Shown here in pieces: positions 60,348 through 64,000 of a stretch of 64,000 nt of DNA. The stretch is taken from NCBI GenBank assembly GCA_041263285.1, contig JBFSVS010000001.1, positions 18,519 through 82,518 of the forward strand, given 5' to 3'. The stretch's first letter is position 1. Every line of letters starts with the position of its first letter. The position numbers and the translations under genes were made by a program. Source of the DNA: Holophagaceae bacterium. Its GTDB lineage: Bacteria > Acidobacteriota > Holophagae > Holophagales > Holophagaceae. Below the pieces are notes generated by a model, which worked only from the letters and a program-made list of their open reading frames with translations, did no database searches and was not told the origin of the DNA.

Positions 60348-60830
60348 CGCTGATTCGTAGTTGGGCTCGTTAGCAATTTCACTCACTAACTCCGTATGAA
60401 TAACTTTCCCTTCCTCGTCCAAAACGAGGACAGCACGAGCCGCTAGGTCTTTCAATTTTCCCGTTGTTAAGCGAACACCCAATCGATCTAAACTACTAGG
60501 ATCACGGAATGTAGAGACGGCCATCACATTTTCGATACCTTCGCTACCGCAAAATCGTTTTTGTGCGAATGGAAGGTCGGCGCTGATGCACAAGATCACC
60601 GTGTTGGTGGTTGCAGAAGCTTTCTGGTTAAAGATTTTGACCGATTTGCTACAGGTAGGCGTATCGATACTTGGAAAAATATTTAAAATAATCTTTTTTC
60701 CTCGTAGATCTTGAAGACTCAACTCTGATAAATCATTTTTAATGAGAACCATTGGGGGGCATGCTTCTCCTGGCTTAGGTAATTCGCCATTGGTTTGTAC
60801 AGGATTTCCACCGAGCGTCACTTGGGCCAT
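60333..60830 (-). CDS. tpx: Thiol peroxidase (Tpx, atypical 2-Cys peroxiredoxin)
   Basis: 'VTLGGNPV', 'FPSIDTPTCS', 'SADLPFAQKRFC'. Confidence 0.9.
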   Translation of the reverse strand: MAQVTLGGNPVQTNGELPKPGEACPPMVLIKNDLSELSLQDLRGKKIILNIFPSIDTPTCSKSVKIFNQKASATTNTVILCISADLPFAQKRFCGSEGIENVMAVSTFRDPSSLDRLGVRLTTGKLKDLAARAVLVLDEEGKVIHTELVSEIANEPNYESALSVL

Positions 60831-60881
60831 AAAGTCTCCATAGGAGTTTTTAGTTTCTCATGGGCAAAAAATAAATGAAAT

Positions 60882-61463
60882 CTATCTCGGAAGTTTGGCT
60901 AAAGCCCCTTTGATAGCCCTCATAATTTGCGCATCGGCTTCATCCGGATTTTGGACGTCTGATAACGCATTGACGGCCTCGGCTTCCCAAATAGGTTCGT
61001 TGGTTTTGGCATCAATAATTTGAATCATGATCGTTCCTTGTTCGTAAGTATCTCTTCGTACGGTCGAAATACTTCCACCAATCCCTGGTCCAGGCCAACC
61101 CCAACCCCAACCCCAGTAATTTGATGACATGCGAGTTCTAGTCTCTACAGGGACTTGTTTGTATCGGGCATACTGTCTGATCAAGAACTGAGCTTCCGCT
61201 ATGCTCACTTTCTGATAACCCATCGAGATCAGCTCTCTTTGTATAATAATTTCGATACGTTTCTCTATAAGTGGCCGCTCAGCCAGAGATCGCTGGTTAC
61301 GACGATTTCCTCGGCCGCCCTCCCGATACTCATCTTGCTCGACCCAAGCCCAAGTCTTTAAGGTTTTGAAATCGATACTTGGGTCATAGTTAAACCGGAT
61401 AGTAGGGCCACAACCAAGAAGAAATAGGAGACTGATAAAAGCACCATAATATTTTCTCACCAT
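60882..61463 (-). CDS. DUF4136-like lipoprotein
   Basis: Lipobox 'LLGCG'. The 'GTIMIQIIDAKTNEPIWEAEA' pattern is typical of DUF4136. Internal 'WGWGWGWPGPG'. The ATG at 61463 follows GGGAGAA. Confidence 0.55.
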   Translation of the reverse strand: MVRKYYGAFISLLFLLGCGPTIRFNYDPSIDFKTLKTWAWVEQDEYREGGRGNRRNQRSLAERPLIEKRIEIIIQRELISMGYQKVSIAEAQFLIRQYARYKQVPVETRTRMSSNYWGWGWGWPGPGIGGSISTVRRDTYEQGTIMIQIIDAKTNEPIWEAEAVNALSDVQNPDEADAQIMRAIKGALAKLPR

Positions 61464-61531
61464 ACATTCTCCCATTACCTATGACCCTATCAGGGCCTTC
61501 GAGGTTGAGCAAGATCGGGCTTTTCTTGGCC

Positions 61532-62470
61532 TCAAGCCATCGTTTTAAGTTCCAAATGACCTTTGGACCAAAGAGCATGACTTCCTGAATAATTCCATGG
61601 AATTACCCTTCCGTTTTCTATCTGGTGTTCGGTGTGGAAGTGGCCCACGATAAAAATTGAGGGTGAAAACAATTGAGCAACCTCATAAAAAGAATCTTGG
61701 GGAAAGGCAATCTTATAATTCTGATTAGTGGTTCTTAGTTTTGATTCTAACCATGACCCTAAGTGCTGACCCCAACTTGCAGGAATGAGTCGAAATAAGA
61801 TCCACGTAAAGGAAGATCGCGAAAGCAGATTCCATAAGCGGTATTGAATATCTTTCTCGTTAATAAGATCTCCATGCTCAAAGTACAGAGATTCGCCGGT
61901 TAGTTGCCCACCCGTTCCTTCGCCCATTAGATCAAATCTTGGGGCTAGGTAGTCGAGGAAATATTCTCGATTACCTAGCCATAAACCGACCCAAGCACCT
62001 TCTTGGCGACGGAGATCGACCCAATGTAAAAATTCTTTCTGCGCTGGAGTTTCGTATCCTGGAAGCCCAATCCAAAGATCAAAGCAGTCTCCCAGGAACA
62101 GCCAATCCACCCGACTATTTTTTTTTCGAATTTCTTCTAGATGTCCGGTATCTTTTGACCAATGAGGATCTGCAATTACAATCAGTGGCTTACTAGCATC
62201 GGGTCGCCTGCATGACCCTCTCATCCAAGAGTGCATAAGCCAAGACCGTGTCCTCATTTTAAGAAGAGCGGGTAGGGTCAATCCCATCAAAACTCCGGCG
62301 ACCTGGGTGCCCAAACTTATGGGCAGTATCCCCATGGGGACCAATATCAGGGCTACTGAGAGATAGAGATGCCTCCGATATAAAGGGAGAGAGCGGAAGC
62401 GGTGGGCTAAGCCCCCATCGATCAGAGCCGTGAGGGATGCGAGGATCACTATATGTACTATTTGCAACAT
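61532..62470 (-). CDS. LpxH-like UDP-2,3-diacylglucosamine diphosphatase / metallophosphoesterase with N-terminal membrane domain
   Basis: 'IADPHW', 'GDCFDLWIG', 'GNREYFL', 'HGD' and 'GHFH' parallel E. coli LpxH 'IADLHL', 'GDLFEAWIG', 'GNRDFLL', 'HGD' and 'GHTH'. The first ~90 aa are hydrophobic. Confidence 0.7.
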   Translation of the reverse strand: MLQIVHIVILASLTALIDGGLAHRFRSLPLYRRHLYLSVALILVPMGILPISLGTQVAGVLMGLTLPALLKMRTRSWLMHSWMRGSCRRPDASKPLIVIADPHWSKDTGHLEEIRKKNSRVDWLFLGDCFDLWIGLPGYETPAQKEFLHWVDLRRQEGAWVGLWLGNREYFLDYLAPRFDLMGEGTGGQLTGESLYFEHGDLINEKDIQYRLWNLLSRSSFTWILFRLIPASWGQHLGSWLESKLRTTNQNYKIAFPQDSFYEVAQLFSPSIFIVGHFHTEHQIENGRVIPWNYSGSHALWSKGHLELKTMA

Positions 62471-62668
62471 TTAAAGCATATCCAAGAAGAAAAAAAGCAT
62501 TCAAAAAATAAGAAAGCCCCCTTTTTTAATAACAGACTTGACCCATCTTCCCACTCAGGCCCCCGTCCCAACAAGGGATAATTCTACCTGGCCTCATATT
62601 TTCGGCATATATATTGGGTATTTCTCCTGATAGCATTTTGGAAGAGGATAACCTCTAAGGAGATCAAC

Positions 62669-62950
62669 ATGGCCAATTTATCACTCCGCGAGCTATCTGA
62701 CTCGCTAGCCGACGAACTCGGAGCACCTAAGTCTGCTACTTACGATGCCCTGAAGAACGTTTTTGATAACATCGCCAAAGGCGTCCACAAGGGTGACCGC
62801 GTGAGCATTTTTGGTTTTGGTACCTTCACCTTGCGTCAACGCAAGGCTCGTGTGGGTCGTAATCCACAAACGGGTGAAGCCATCCAAATCAAAGCTTCTT
62901 CGTCTATCGGCTTCAAGGCTGCTTCTGCCCAGAAAAAAGGCAAGAAGTAA
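62669..62950 (+). CDS. DNA-binding protein HU
   Basis: 'IFGFGTFTLRQRKARVGRNPQTGEAIQIKAS', with a Lys-rich tail. Confidence 0.9.
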   Translation: MANLSLRELSDSLADELGAPKSATYDALKNVFDNIAKGVHKGDRVSIFGFGTFTLRQRKARVGRNPQTGEAIQIKASSSIGFKAASAQKKGKK

Positions 62951-62966
62951 CTTTTTTCAGAATGCC

Positions 62967-62998
62967 TAAAAAGGGCCTGTTCACCAGGCCCTTTTTTA
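62967..62998 (+). terminator. Rho-independent terminator after HU
   Basis: 'AAAAAGGGCCTG-ttca-CCAGGCCCTTTTTT'. Confidence 0.8.
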
Positions 62999-63080
62999 AT
63001 GATTTCTCAATCTTCCAGCATTCTCGAAATCAATAGTTGGGTTCTTTCGATCGCCTTGATAGAATTCTAATTCCACTCTC

Positions 63081-63155
63081 TGGGGAGTGGTCTAATGGTA
63101 GGACAACAGATTCTGATTCTGTCAGGTGAGGGTTCGAATCCTTCCTCCCCAACCA
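63081..63155 (+). tRNA. tRNA-Gln (anticodon CTG)
   Basis: Cloverleaf folded by hand: acceptor TGGGGAG/CTCCCCA, anticodon stem ACAGA/TCTGT with loop TT-CTG-AT, T-arm GAGGG-TTCGAAT-CCTTC, encoded CCA. Confidence 0.9.
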
Positions 63156-63168
63156 TCAAGAAAAAAAT

Positions 63169-63243
63169 GGTCCCATCGTCTAGCGGTTAGGACACTGCCC
63201 TCTCACGGCGGTAGCAGGGGTTCGATTCCCCTTGGGACTACCA
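63169..63243 (+). tRNA. tRNA-Glu (anticodon CTC)
   Basis: Acceptor GGTCCCA/TGGGACT (one G-T pair), anticodon stem CTGCC/GGCGG with loop CT-CTC-AC, T-arm AGGGG-TTCGATT-CCCCT, encoded CCA. Close to E. coli tRNA-Glu apart from the anticodon. Confidence 0.9.
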
Positions 63244-63457
63244 ATCTAAATATTTTCAACACCCGATCTATAAAAAAATAAAGGCATGGCCAATCCTTGA
63301 AACGGCCTCTCTTCTACAAGCCCATTGGTACGTGTGGCGGATTCAGTGTGAAGTTAATGTTATTAAGGATCCTGCTTTAGCCATTTTTCTAATAGGCGAA
63401 GCACCGCCTAGGGACGGGCTATTTTAACCATTTACTGCTTGGCCGCCCCATCGCGAT

Positions 63458-64000
63458 TTAGGAGATCCAAAAATCACTCAAAGCCCCTAGAGATGAAGAA
63501 ATAGGCTTATTTTTAGAAAAGAAGACTGAAAAAGAAGTTGGAGTTTCAGGCTCTGTCAAGACAACATGACTTCCTGCGTAAAGCGCATTCCATAGAAGTA
63601 CCCGACCCCTTGGAGTTAACGAATCAGAGCAGGATAAAGATAGTTTTGTCGTATGATCCCAGCCATGTTTTTGATTTTCTCGCTGTAATCTCAGCAAGAT
63701 ATCTTGGTGAGATAGTGTCGGAAGAGCTAGGCAGGATCCAGTGAGAAGATAATCCCGATCATGGTACGTCCCCCGACCCTCCTCATTATTGAAACGTGAA
63801 CCACCTAAAATTGAAGGATCAATAGGGTGGCCTTCGGGGTCCCAGACACAACCGCAAGCGGTCACCGCTACTTCGGCAATCCAACTCCAAGGCTCATAGG
63901 GACATTTTGAGTCATTCCAAGATGCATGGTAGGTAGTCCCGAGAGGCGGAGCCTCGGCCATCAAGCCCAAAGCGACACCTTCTACTCGATTCCTTAGTTG
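63458..64000 (-). CDS. Hypothetical protein (possibly 5'-truncated by the window end)
   Basis: The frame stays open from 63970 to base 64000 with no in-frame stop, so the TTG/ATG starts near 63961-63970 may be internal. No family recognised. Confidence 0.3.
   Translation of the reverse strand, partial: QLRNRVEGVALGLMAEAPPLGTTYHASWNDSKCPYEPWSWIAEVAVTACGCVWDPEGHPIDPSILGGSRFNNEEGRGTYHDRDYLLTGSCLALPTLSHQDILLRLQRENQKHGWDHTTKLSLSCSDSLTPRGRVLLWNALYAGSHVVLTEPETPTSFSVFFSKNKPISSSLGALSDFWIS

Noticed and set aside
62118-62126. T9 (A9 on the coding strand) homopolymer inside the LpxH-like gene
   Set aside because: It encodes 'KKN' within an essential-type enzyme. Short A/T runs are common in a low-GC genome, and there is no reason to infer phase variation.

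Overview
The window looks like mostly core chromosome from a moderate/low-GC diderm bacterium. The carboxypeptidase-regulatory-type TonB receptor, the many lipoproteins and the frequent GTG/TTG starts resemble Acidobacteriota-like or other deep-branching lineages, but I cannot place it from sequence alone. Gene density is high. I saw no CRISPR array, transposase, integrase or prophage genes.

Contents in order:
- 3' end of a ThiF-type E1 gene, then rdgB
- a cobalamin riboswitch driving a btuB-btuFCD-like uptake operon
- recA, a 2OG-Fe(II) oxygenase, moaA
- thiC plus an unknown co-transcribed ORF
- a split manC (GMP domain and cupin domain as separate ORFs)
- a bacterial deoxyhypusine-synthase-like gene
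- rpsT, argS, pyrG, tkt, citrate synthase, lysS, a DegT aminotransferase, rplI, an HU/IHF gene
- pruA, hmgA, a flavin-reductase-like gene, an FAH-family gene
- a 991-aa TonB-dependent receptor, a SurA-like PPIase, an S4-domain protein, a family-4 UDG
- an ECF sigma/anti-sigma pair
- pgpA, rimO, gltX
- a nuoHIJKLMN half-operon
- a MacA-like adaptor, an FtsX/MacB-type permease, an MFS transporter, tpx, a DUF4136-like lipoprotein, a membrane-anchored LpxH-like phosphoesterase, HU
- tRNA-Gln(CTG) and tRNA-Glu(CTC)

The only accessory-looking stretch is about 36.5-45.1 kb, and it holds the two most interesting observations.
1. A bacterial XPB/Rad25-type helicase lies near a 641-aa protein that carries a copy of the XPB N-terminal domain plus a WYL-like C-terminus.
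2. Wedged between them is a two-gene operon. It encodes a BNR/Asp-box beta-propeller protein with an embedded dockerin-like module, and a lipoprotein whose C-terminal half reads like a cohesin. This could be a non-cellulosomal surface-tethering pair.

All calls rest on motif recognition by eye. No database search was run.
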